This document shows, one piece after another, positions 9,036 to 17,713 of a DNA stretch of 64,000 nt (its first letter is position 1; each line of letters opens with the position of its first letter). The DNA lies in contig CAVVLT010000005.1 in NCBI GenBank assembly GCA_963749105.1, positions 160,299 through 224,298 of the forward strand, given 5' to 3'. The stretch comes from Bryobacterales bacterium (GTDB lineage Bacteria; Acidobacteriota; Terriglobia; Bryobacterales; Bryobacteraceae). A program made the position numbers and the translations under genes. Below the pieces are notes generated by a model. That model was not told the DNA's origin. It did no database searches and saw nothing but the letters and a program-made list of their open reading frames with translations.

Positions 9036-9541
9036 GACTCATTCTGTTGTGTTGGCTTCTCTGCGGATTGGCGCGCGCCGACGGTGGCAAGGTGCAGTTT
9101 CAGCGGAAAGCGGGCGCATTCAATATAACGGTGTTCAGTGCTGAATCGCCTATTCGGGCCGGCAAGGCGGACCTCAGTGTCATGGTGCAAAATAACGCCG
9201 ATCAAAGTCCTGTTCTGGATGCTACCGTTCGCCTGCATTATGTGGTGAAGGAAGGCTCCACCGTGTTTGGATTTAGTGCGCCGGCGCGCCATGAGCAAGC
9301 GACCAACAAGTTGCTCTATGCGGCTTCACTGGATTTCAAAAACCCGGGCAAGTATCGACTTGAGGTTTCGGTCGAAACCAAAAAGGAAAGTGCTCTCGTT
9401 ACTGGAGACTTGGATGTTTCACCGCCCGAACCGCCGCTTCTCGCTCACTGGCCGTATTTTGTAGCTCTCCCGGTAATCGCGCTGCTCTTCGCCTTTAACC
9501 AGCGGCTGAAGCGGAAGAGGCGTGTTGTGAATCAGCCATAA
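9032..9541 (+). CDS. Secreted beta-rich protein with a C-terminal membrane anchor (possible FixH/YtkA-like partner of the polyferredoxin domain)
   Basis: TTG at 9032 in a TTGA overlap with the upstream stop; there is no in-frame ATG between 8912 and the signal peptide. 169 aa: signal peptide LILLCWLLCGLARA, a beta-strand-like body, and a C-terminal TM WPYFVALPVIALLFAF followed by KRKRR. The FixH-like label rests only on position and architecture. Confidence 0.5.
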   Translation: MRLILLCWLLCGLARADGGKVQFQRKAGAFNITVFSAESPIRAGKADLSVMVQNNADQSPVLDATVRLHYVVKEGSTVFGFSAPARHEQATNKLLYAASLDFKNPGKYRLEVSVETKKESALVTGDLDVSPPEPPLLAHWPYFVALPVIALLFAFNQRLKRKRRVVNQP

Positions 9542-11108
9542 CGGCCATGGCGGCGTTGCGGCCGTTGATCGCGATCACGCTGCCGCCGGGGTGAGTCGCC
9601 GCTCCGCACAAGTAGACGCCGCGCATAGGAGTTCGACAACTCAATCGATTGCTCCACATGTATTCAGGCAAGCACTCGCCTTGAAAGATGTGGCCGCCGG
9701 TGAGACCAACTTTCTTTTCGATATCGGGCGGCCCGAGTGCTTCGCTTTCAATAACCGCTGCGGGCATGTTGCTGGTATAGCGGGCGATAGCATCGAGGGC
9801 GAGTTGTTTGGCTGTCTCGCGATGCTCGTTCCAGTTTCCCTGGGCAAATTGATAAGGTACGTACTGGGAGAAAACGCTCATGGTGTGAGTGCCGGCTGGG
9901 GCCACGCTGTCGTCATGCACACTTTGGAAATAGAGTTCGGTCCACAACCGTGCAGGGAGCTTGCCTGCACGCGCTGCGGCGTAGTTGTCTTTCCACTCCT
10001 GTTTCGTTAGCGGCGTGTTGATTTGGCCGTAGTGATGCTGCTCGAACGTTCCGGGCCGGGCCCGGAAGTTGGGTAATTCTCTCAGCCAAACGTTCAGTTT
10101 CAAAGTACAGCCACGCATCGGAATGCCGGCGATTTTGCCCCGCCACGCGGCATCGGCATGATCGCCCAGCAGTCGCAAAGCGGTACGCGGATCGGCGTTT
10201 ACGATAACAACAGGTGCGTGAATCATCTCGCCGCCTGCGAGTTGGACGCCGTTTTCCGGAATTATATGTGCAACTGGAATGCCGGTGGCGATCGCCGCGC
10301 CTGCCTTTGCCGCTGCTTCCGCGATGTGGAATGACACCATGCCCATGCCTCCTTTGACATAGCCCCACATGCCAGGAAGACCGCCCAACCGCCCGGAGGA
10401 GTGATGAAAGCGAATGGAAGCTGTTCCCGGATCGAACGGACTGGCGTTGGTGCCAATCACACCTTGGCCGAGGTAGCCTGCCTGGAGACGTTCGTCTGAG
10501 AGATAGCGTTCCACGAGATCGGCCATGGACCATTCGAACAGAAGCTTGTAGGCTTCGTTGTCTTTGCCTAACCGCCTTTCGATTTCTTCATGAGTGGGAG
10601 GGAGGCCGATCCAGAGATCGTTTTGATTGGCGGGGCGCAGCTTGTCGCGTGTGCGGCGGATGAGATGAGACATGGCGCGCCAGCCCGAGACGTCGTGCGG
10701 ACAGAGTCGGGCGATCTCCGCCTCGCACTGCTCATCGTCTTCGTACAGTTGCACGCTGGCGCCGTCTTCGAAAGGGAGGAAGAGGCCGTTGATGGCGGGT
10801 GTCCAGGAGAAACCCAGGGCAGGGAGGTTCAGTTCTTCTATGACAAGAGGATGGAGCAAACCGGCCAGGTAGGCACACGGGGAAACGCGCACGCCGGGCC
10901 AAGGTTCTTCGATAGTACAAGCGCCGCCTATCCGTGCGCGGCTTTCGAGAACCAAAACACGTCTGCCCGCGCGCGCCAAGTATGCGGCACAGGTCAGGCC
11001 ATTGTGACCGGCACCCACAACAATCGCGTCCCAACGTTCGGCGGCCAGTTCCCGCAGCGGCGCGGGCAAGCCCATCCGCCCCAAACTCTTAATGGCAGAC
11101 ATTAACAC
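9495..11108 (-). CDS. FAD/NAD(P)-binding oxidoreductase, phytoene desaturase/amine oxidase-like
   Basis: 537 aa. N-terminal dinucleotide fold VVGAGHNGLTCAAYLARAGRRVLVLE. Length and layout resemble the CrtI family. Its 3' end overlaps the convergent gene 9032..9541 by 47 nt. Confidence 0.8.
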   Translation of the reverse strand: MLMSAIKSLGRMGLPAPLRELAAERWDAIVVGAGHNGLTCAAYLARAGRRVLVLESRARIGGACTIEEPWPGVRVSPCAYLAGLLHPLVIEELNLPALGFSWTPAINGLFLPFEDGASVQLYEDDEQCEAEIARLCPHDVSGWRAMSHLIRRTRDKLRPANQNDLWIGLPPTHEEIERRLGKDNEAYKLLFEWSMADLVERYLSDERLQAGYLGQGVIGTNASPFDPGTASIRFHHSSGRLGGLPGMWGYVKGGMGMVSFHIAEAAAKAGAAIATGIPVAHIIPENGVQLAGGEMIHAPVVIVNADPRTALRLLGDHADAAWRGKIAGIPMRGCTLKLNVWLRELPNFRARPGTFEQHHYGQINTPLTKQEWKDNYAAARAGKLPARLWTELYFQSVHDDSVAPAGTHTMSVFSQYVPYQFAQGNWNEHRETAKQLALDAIARYTSNMPAAVIESEALGPPDIEKKVGLTGGHIFQGECLPEYMWSNRLSCRTPMRGVYLCGAATHPGGSVIAINGRNAAMAVMADSQHASSASAAG

Positions 11109-11291
11109 CCCGTTCCCATAAGATATCGCGGCGACTCGATTAGCGAGTGAATACGTGGCGAATCAACGACGGCAAGTGATAAACCCGATCATGTTAAAGT
11201 CGGCGTCTGCTTGGGTATTCCATTTGTTTCGAAATTGCGCTCAGTTTCCTCAAGGTACTTAGCGAGGTTGGATTGATTATCCAGGTAAAGT

Positions 11292-11320
11292 GCTCGGGGA
11301 CTTGGCACAGATCCCCGAGC
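11292..11320 (-). terminator. Hairpin 6 nt downstream of the ppdK stop; possible intrinsic terminator
   Basis: Perfect 9-bp inverted repeat GCTCGGGGA / TCCCCGAGC with an 11-nt loop. The trailing U-tract on the minus strand is only short (ACUUUACC). Confidence 0.4.
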
Positions 11321-11326
11321 CACAAA

Positions 11327-14068
11327 CTACGCGGTGCGGCCGATGGCCGTGCTGGTTTCGCCGCTAGTGAGAGCGGCTTGGGCGGCCGCGAGACGGGCAA
11401 TCGGTACGCGATAGGGCGAGCATGAAACGTAATTCATCCCAGCCCGGTAACAGAACTCCACCGAACTTGGCTCGCCACCGTGTTCGCCGCAGATACCAAC
11501 CTCCAGATTAGGCCGCGTTTCGCGTCCGAGCTTCACGGCCATCAGGATCAGCTTGCCGACGCCTTCCTGATCTAAAACCGCAAATGGGTCCGCTTTGAAA
11601 ATCTTCAGATCTTCGTATTGTTTCGAGAATTTCGTATAGTCGTCCCGCGAAAGACCCATAGTGGTCTGCGTCAGATCGTTGGTTCCAAAGCTGAAGAATT
11701 CGGCGTCTTTAGCCACTAGATCTGCCGTCAACGCTGCGCGCGGAATTTCGATCATCGTACCGACCAGGTATTTCAGCTTCTTCATGCCCGCGGCCTTCAA
11801 TACTTCGTCGGCCACGCGCACCACAATGGCTTTCTGATTTTCGAATTCCTTCACGCTGCCGATCAGCGGAATCATGACTTCCGGAATCACCTTGACGCTC
11901 TTCTTGGCTACTTGCACAACGGCTTCGAAAATGGCGCGGGCTTGCATTTCGGTGATCTCGGGATACGTAATGCCCAGACGGCAGCCACGATGGCCGAGCA
12001 TCGGATTGAATTCGTGCAATTCTTCGACGCGCTGCAGCAGTTCGGGCAGAAACTTCTTCAGCTCCGGAACGGACACGCGATAGGTTTCCGCCATTTCCTT
12101 CTTTTCCTTGGCGCCCGCGTGCGGCAGTTTGGCGATATCCACCATGACGTTTTCGCGCTTCGGCAGGAATTCGTGCAGCGGCGGATCAAGGGTTCGGATG
12201 ACCACGGGAAATCCGTCCATGGCTTTAAACAAGCCCGCGAAATCGGCGCGCTGCATGGGCAACAGCTTCTGCAAGGCCTTTTTGCGGGTCTTTTCATCGC
12301 GCGCTAGAATCATGGCCTGCACATGCGGCAAGCGGTCTTCGGCGAAGAACATGTGCTCGGTGCGGCAGAGACCAATGCCTTCGGCGCCGAACGCTTGAGC
12401 TGCCTTGGCATCGCGCGGTACGTCTGCGTTGGCCCGGACACCGAATTTGCCGCGGAATTCATCGGCCCACTTCATGAACGTTGCGAAGTAGTGCGACTTC
12501 GGATCAGGATCGCTGGTCTTGCACTGGCCGAGGTAAACTTCGCCGAGTGTGCCATCGAGCGAAATCCACTCGCCTTCCTTGACAACGAGCTTTTTGCCTT
12601 CGAATGTGATACTGGCGATTTTCTTATGTTCGTCTACGGCTATGGAAGCGGCGCCGACCACGCAGGGCCGACCCATGCCGCGCGCCACCACAGCGGCATG
12701 GCTGGTCAAGCCACCCACGGCGGTCAAAATGCCTTTTGAGACGTCCATGCCGTGAATATCATCGGGTGTGGTTTCTTTGCGAACCAGAATGACCGGGCCC
12801 GTCGCGGACATGTGCACCGCGTCTTCCGAGGAGAAAGCAGCGCGTCCTACAGCTGCGCCGGGCGACGCTGGAAGGCCAACCGCAATCTTCTGTAAGCTCT
12901 TGCGCAAGGCTGGGTCGAGCACCGGGTGCAGCAGTTGGTCGAGTTGATTCGGACCCACGCGCATTACGGCTTCCTTCTTGTCGATCAGCCGTTCGCCCAC
13001 CATGTCGACTGCAATGCGGACGGCGGCAGGACCTGTGCGCTTACCGTTACGGGTTTGCAGCATGTATAGCTTGCTGTCTTCAATGGTGAACTCGAAATCC
13101 TGAACATCCTTATAATGTTTCTCGAGCATGGAAGTGATAGTGCGCAGCTGTTTGTAGGCGGCCGGCATCACTTTTTCGAGTTCGTCGATGGGCTGCGGCG
13201 TGCGGATACCAGCTACCACGTCTTCGCCTTGGGCGTTCACAAGAAACTCACCATAGAATGCTCTCTCGCCTGTGGAAGGATTGCGCGTGAAGCCGACGCC
13301 CGTGGCTGAAGTATCGCCCATATTGCCATACACCATGGCTTGCACGTTGGCGGCGGTGCCGATGGAATCGGGAATCTTTTCCATTTTGCGATAGTAGACG
13401 GCTTTCGGGGTGTTCCAGGAATTGAAGACGGCGTCGCGCGCCAACGTGAGCTGCTCCAATGGATCTTGCGGAAAATCTTTACCGGTCTCTTTCTTCACGA
13501 ACGTTTTGTAATCGGCGATGATCGCCTGCAAATCTACGGCGCTCAGATCGGTATCGAGCTTGGCTTTCACCTGACGCTTGCGCGTATCGAAAATATGATC
13601 GAACTTCGCCATGTCGAGGCTGAGCGCAACCTCGCCGAACATTTGGATAAAGCGGCGGTAACAATCATAAGCGAAGCGCGGATTATCAGTTCTCTTGAGG
13701 AGACCTTCAGTGCTGGCGTCGTTCAAGCCTAGATTGAGAATGGTATTCATCATGCCAGGCATTGAGAACTTAGCGCCGGAACGCACGCTTACCAGAAGGG
13801 GATCGTCTGCGGCGCCCAGTTTCTTGCCCATCTGTTTTTCGAGCTTGGCGAGTGCGTCCTCAATCTGATCGTCGACTTCCCGGGGCACTTTGTTGCCGTT
13901 TTCGAAGAAGAGGTTACAGACCTCCGTGGAAATGGTGAAGCCCGGCGGCACAGGCACACCGGCCTTGCTCATCTCGGCCAGGCCTGAGCCTTTGCCTCCC
14001 AGTATGTCCTTCATCTTGCCGTCGCCGTCGGCGGTGCCTCCGCCAAACGAGTAAACGTATTTTGTCAT
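11327..14068 (-). CDS. ppdK: Pyruvate, phosphate dikinase
   Basis: 913 aa. N-terminus MTKYVYSFGGG. Phospho-histidine loop GGLTSHAAVVARGMG. C-terminal PEP-utilising motif GICGEHGGEP. GGGAGG Shine-Dalgarno upstream. Confidence 0.97.
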   Translation of the reverse strand: MTKYVYSFGGGTADGDGKMKDILGGKGSGLAEMSKAGVPVPPGFTISTEVCNLFFENGNKVPREVDDQIEDALAKLEKQMGKKLGAADDPLLVSVRSGAKFSMPGMMNTILNLGLNDASTEGLLKRTDNPRFAYDCYRRFIQMFGEVALSLDMAKFDHIFDTRKRQVKAKLDTDLSAVDLQAIIADYKTFVKKETGKDFPQDPLEQLTLARDAVFNSWNTPKAVYYRKMEKIPDSIGTAANVQAMVYGNMGDTSATGVGFTRNPSTGERAFYGEFLVNAQGEDVVAGIRTPQPIDELEKVMPAAYKQLRTITSMLEKHYKDVQDFEFTIEDSKLYMLQTRNGKRTGPAAVRIAVDMVGERLIDKKEAVMRVGPNQLDQLLHPVLDPALRKSLQKIAVGLPASPGAAVGRAAFSSEDAVHMSATGPVILVRKETTPDDIHGMDVSKGILTAVGGLTSHAAVVARGMGRPCVVGAASIAVDEHKKIASITFEGKKLVVKEGEWISLDGTLGEVYLGQCKTSDPDPKSHYFATFMKWADEFRGKFGVRANADVPRDAKAAQAFGAEGIGLCRTEHMFFAEDRLPHVQAMILARDEKTRKKALQKLLPMQRADFAGLFKAMDGFPVVIRTLDPPLHEFLPKRENVMVDIAKLPHAGAKEKKEMAETYRVSVPELKKFLPELLQRVEELHEFNPMLGHRGCRLGITYPEITEMQARAIFEAVVQVAKKSVKVIPEVMIPLIGSVKEFENQKAIVVRVADEVLKAAGMKKLKYLVGTMIEIPRAALTADLVAKDAEFFSFGTNDLTQTTMGLSRDDYTKFSKQYEDLKIFKADPFAVLDQEGVGKLILMAVKLGRETRPNLEVGICGEHGGEPSSVEFCYRAGMNYVSCSPYRVPIARLAAAQAALTSGETSTAIGRTA

Positions 14069-14115
14069 TCAGTCTTTGCCTCCCAGTGACGGACTTCCCG
14101 CCACGAAAAAAAATG

Positions 14116-16101
14116 TCAGGCGCTTGCGCCTTGCGTTACGATTTCGGAAAAGTCGGCGATGGTCGAGAACTCCGTCAACAGGCTATGCAGCAAAGCCAAG
14201 CGGTTCTCACGGATCGCCGGATCTGGATCGTTCACTAGAATCTTATCGAAGAAGAGATCCACCTGCGGCCTCAAAGAGGCAATTTGGGCGAGTTTTTCGC
14301 GATAAATTGCGGTCGCTTGTGTCGCCGCGCACACTTTTACGAATGCCTGGTATAGTTCTTGCTCGGGACCCGGAACCAGTAAGTCAGGGTTAGGCGGGTT
14401 TGCCTGAGTAAGTTGCGCTTGCTTGAGTATGTTCTTGATGCGTTTGAAGCTGGCGGCGAGGGGCTCGAAGTTAGCGGTTGGGCGGACATTGTGAACGGCT
14501 TCGGCGCGGTCGGCGAGATCGGGGAGCGTGGTGTAACCGGCGGCCATCACAGCATTGACTTCGTCGTACGCGTAACCACGTGCATCTTTCAAATAGAATT
14601 GGATGCGCTCCTGCATGAAGGGCAGTAGTGCGGGGATGTCGGCCACATACTTTTTCAGATCGACCGGCAGCTTGGCTTCAAACAGGATCTTGACGACGCC
14701 TTGCGCGGCTCGGCGTAAGGCGAAGGGATCTCCCGACCCTGTAGGGATCATGCCAACGCGGAAGCATTCGCGCAAGGTATCTAGCTTGTCGGCAGTCGAA
14801 ACCACTTGCCCTTCGAGCGTGCGCGGAATCGGCGCTTCCATGCCGACGGGTTGGTAATGATCGTAGATGGCGTTAGCCACGGCATCAGTTTCACCTTGCG
14901 CCTTCGCGTAAAGGCCACCGACGACGCCTTGTAACTCGGTGAACTCTTTGACCATGTCGGTAGTCAGATCGGTTTTGGCAAGCAGTGTGGCCTGGTCCAC
15001 GGTATTTTGATCTGCACCCAAGGCGTGTGCGATTTGCTGGGCGAGGATGCGAACACGTTCCGTTTTGTCTTTGTAGCTGCCGAGCTTGGCTTGAAATGTA
15101 ACTTTTTCTAAGTCGGCCACACGCGCAGAGAGCTTCCTCTGTTGATCAACCTGCCAGAAGAAGCGGGCATCGTTGAAGCGGGCGCGCAAGACGCGTTCGT
15201 TGCCTTGGCGAATCAAACCGTCGGGATCGCCGTCGGTATTCGTAACTGCCACAAACTCGGGCGCCAGCGACCCGTCGGCATTCACAACCGAGAAATAGCG
15301 CTGGTGATGACGCATCACCGTCGACAGAATTTCCTTCGGCAGTTCCAGGAAAGATTTGTCAAAGCTGCCGCGAATCGGGGTAGGGAACTCCGTCAGATAG
15401 ACAAGGGTGTTGAGTAACTCGGCGTCCTTCTGAACGTCCGGCCGCAGAGCTTTTTCAATGCGGGCTTTGCGTTCTTCGGCAGAAACGATGACGAAGTTCG
15501 CGCGCAAGGCTTGAACGTAGGTATTGATACCTACCAAGAGCGGCGCTTTTGAGCCGATAATGCGATGGCCCCGAGTGATGTTGTCGGACTTCACGCCGGC
15601 GATTTCAATGGGAATGATTTGATCGTCAAGTAGCGCTACTATCCAACGGATTGGGCGAATAAACTTGACACCGCCTTTGCCGGTCCAATACATGGTCTTT
15701 GGAAAGTGAATGCCGGTGATGACCTCGGGCAGTTTTTCACTGAGAGCCTGAGCGGCCGCTTGGCCTTTCACCAGTTGATTGAAGAAGTACCGCTCTCCTT
15801 TGGCATCGGACATTTTGGCGAGCTTGTCCACCGTCGTCTGCTGCTTGCGTGCGAACCCCTCGGCGGCTTTTTCGCCTGCGGATAGATAGGGCCCTTGCAC
15901 CACCACTTCCGCATCGGCTGCTTGTCCGATCAAATCGCGTGCCTGCAAAAGCAGCCTTCTTGGGGTCGCATCGGTGGTAATCGCCGAACCTTCAAACGCT
16001 CCAAACGCTGCCGCGAAACGCTTGTGCAAATCTGCGAGCGCTGGCTCAATCATCCAATCGGGAATCTCTTCGACGCCGATCTCGAGTAGAAAGTTTGCCA
16101 T
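14116..16101 (-). CDS. glyS: Glycine-tRNA ligase beta subunit
   Basis: 661 aa, starting immediately after the glyQ stop. N-terminus MANFLLEIGVEEIPDWMI is typical of GlyS. Confidence 0.93.
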   Translation of the reverse strand: MANFLLEIGVEEIPDWMIEPALADLHKRFAAAFGAFEGSAITTDATPRRLLLQARDLIGQAADAEVVVQGPYLSAGEKAAEGFARKQQTTVDKLAKMSDAKGERYFFNQLVKGQAAAQALSEKLPEVITGIHFPKTMYWTGKGGVKFIRPIRWIVALLDDQIIPIEIAGVKSDNITRGHRIIGSKAPLLVGINTYVQALRANFVIVSAEERKARIEKALRPDVQKDAELLNTLVYLTEFPTPIRGSFDKSFLELPKEILSTVMRHHQRYFSVVNADGSLAPEFVAVTNTDGDPDGLIRQGNERVLRARFNDARFFWQVDQQRKLSARVADLEKVTFQAKLGSYKDKTERVRILAQQIAHALGADQNTVDQATLLAKTDLTTDMVKEFTELQGVVGGLYAKAQGETDAVANAIYDHYQPVGMEAPIPRTLEGQVVSTADKLDTLRECFRVGMIPTGSGDPFALRRAAQGVVKILFEAKLPVDLKKYVADIPALLPFMQERIQFYLKDARGYAYDEVNAVMAAGYTTLPDLADRAEAVHNVRPTANFEPLAASFKRIKNILKQAQLTQANPPNPDLLVPGPEQELYQAFVKVCAATQATAIYREKLAQIASLRPQVDLFFDKILVNDPDPAIRENRLALLHSLLTEFSTIADFSEIVTQGASA

Positions 16102-16983
16102 CTATGCCACCGCCTGTTGTTTGGCCCAAGCAGCGGCCACGCCCACCGCTAACTTGCGCACCCGGCCGATGACCCCGACGCGCTCGGTTACGCTAATCGC
16201 ACCGCGTGAGTCGAGCAGGTTAAACAAATTCGAACACTTCAGGGCTTGATCATAGGCGGGTAAGACCGGAAAACGCTCGATGCCGCCCTTCTTGGCGCGG
16301 AACAGATCCAGCAACCGCTGACATTCCTTCTCATGCAGTTCGAATTCTTTCCACAGCATGTCGACATCGGCCATTTCAAAGTTGTATACGGAGAACTGTT
16401 GCTCGTCGGCTAGTCTCACATCGGAATATTTGAAGCCGGGGGCCCATTCGATATCGTAGACGCTGTTCACGTTTTGTAAGAACGCGACGATGCGTTCGAG
16501 GCCGTAAGTGATTTCGGCGGGGACTAAGTCGAGATCGATGCCGCCGCATTGTTGGAAGTAAGTGAACTGAGTGATCTCAAGACCATCGAGCATCACTTGC
16601 CAGCCGATGCCCCAAGCGCCGAGAGTGGGGGCTTCCCAGTTATCTTCTTCGAACTTGATGTCGTGCTTTTTGAGATCGATGCCGATGGCTTCGAGGCTGC
16701 CGAGATACTGTTCGAGCACGTCATCGGGCGTGGGCTTCAGGATCACTTGCAGTTGTTGGTGCTTGTACAGGCGGTTGGGGTTTTCGCCGTAACGGCCGTC
16801 GGCAGGGCGGCGACTGGGTTGCACGTAGGCGACCTTGTACGGCTTGGGACCGAGGACGCGCAGGAAGGTTTCGGGCGCCATGGTTCCGGCGCCGACTTCA
16901 AGGTCGTGCGGCTCTTGGATGATGACGCCGCGATCGGCCCAGTAGTGTTTTAGCTTGAAGATCGTGTCTTGAAAAGAGTCCAT
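16102..16983 (-). CDS. glyQ: Glycine-tRNA ligase alpha subunit
   Basis: 293 aa. [39 protein letters not shown] parallels the conserved GlyQ N-terminus. Confidence 0.96.
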   Translation of the reverse strand: MDSFQDTIFKLKHYWADRGVIIQEPHDLEVGAGTMAPETFLRVLGPKPYKVAYVQPSRRPADGRYGENPNRLYKHQQLQVILKPTPDDVLEQYLGSLEAIGIDLKKHDIKFEEDNWEAPTLGAWGIGWQVMLDGLEITQFTYFQQCGGIDLDLVPAEITYGLERIVAFLQNVNSVYDIEWAPGFKYSDVRLADEQQFSVYNFEMADVDMLWKEFELHEKECQRLLDLFRAKKGGIERFPVLPAYDQALKCSNLFNLLDSRGAISVTERVGVIGRVRKLAVGVAAAWAKQQAVA

Positions 16984-16990
16984 CGGGTGT

Positions 16991-17376
16991 TTACTTCAGA
17001 GAGCTTTGAGCAGCGCAGGGGTTTGAAAACGGCGTCGACCCTGTCCTCCATGCGGTCGATGAGGAAGCGCCGCAAATCGAGAGCGGTGTCTTTGGAGGGT
17101 GGAGAGCGGCATAGAAGCTGTGAAGAGGGCCGAACGGCGACTGCAACAAATCGCAAGAGTTCAGGTTGACTAAGTCGCGAGTTTCCTTCTGCGAGTACGA
17201 TAAATTCACGAGCGATAACCGTCCCAAGCCGGAGCTAAAACTGTTTTTTGGCCTTCTGGCCCGGTGGGTGACACCACGGAGTTGCCCTGATCGCGCTTAA
17301 AGAAACTAACAATCAGGTCCGATTCACGAAACGGGTATGTGCGCAGAACATAGGTCTCACTCACCCGAGCCGGCAT
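16991..17376 (-). pseudogene. recO: recO remnant: a 1-nt frameshift plus loss of the C-terminal half
   Basis: From ATG 17376 the sequence reads MPARVSETYVLRTYPFRESDLIVSFFKRDQG, a RecO OB-fold N-terminus. The frame then breaks at about 17282-17283 (TT where TTT would restore Lys). The next frame continues (K)LRGVTHRARRPKNSFSSGLGRLSLVNLSYSQKETRDLVNLNSCDLLQSPF, matching the RecO GK-x-G-V-x-A-R-G-A-R-K-P-x-S pattern. It stops at 16991, 8 nt before glyQ, so at most about 129 codons remain versus about 250 for intact RecO. Confidence 0.7.
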
Positions 17377-17713
17377 CACTTTAAGGCCGGTGCCAAGTAG
17401 GTTTGCAGCCGGTAGAACTATAAGGTTAGCAAACAACCCCGCCTGGGCCCGGGCTGCCATGGGGACAGACTTACCGAGAGGAGAGGCCGGAAGAGGCGGG
17501 GAATAGAATACGTTTATCGCTAGAACCGTTTTCCGGGCCCGGAATTCCGATGTTTATCTCTCTCATAGAGGCGAACAAGTAGCCTAAGCCAACAACTCAA
17601 AGAATCAGAGAATTCTGCCGCAAGTCGCCCACCTTTTCCTAGAGAGTTGTGTGGCTGGACGTCAGCAAGTGATCAAGACGGGCTCATCTCTCAAGAAAAG
17701 GGGATTCATCTCT

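Noticed and set aside
9913-10533. A 206-aa same-strand alternative-frame ORF inside the FAD oxidoreductase gene.
   Set aside because: Its Arg/Ser/Cys-rich translation has no structure-like pattern. The overlapping frame carries the recognisable oxidoreductase sequence.
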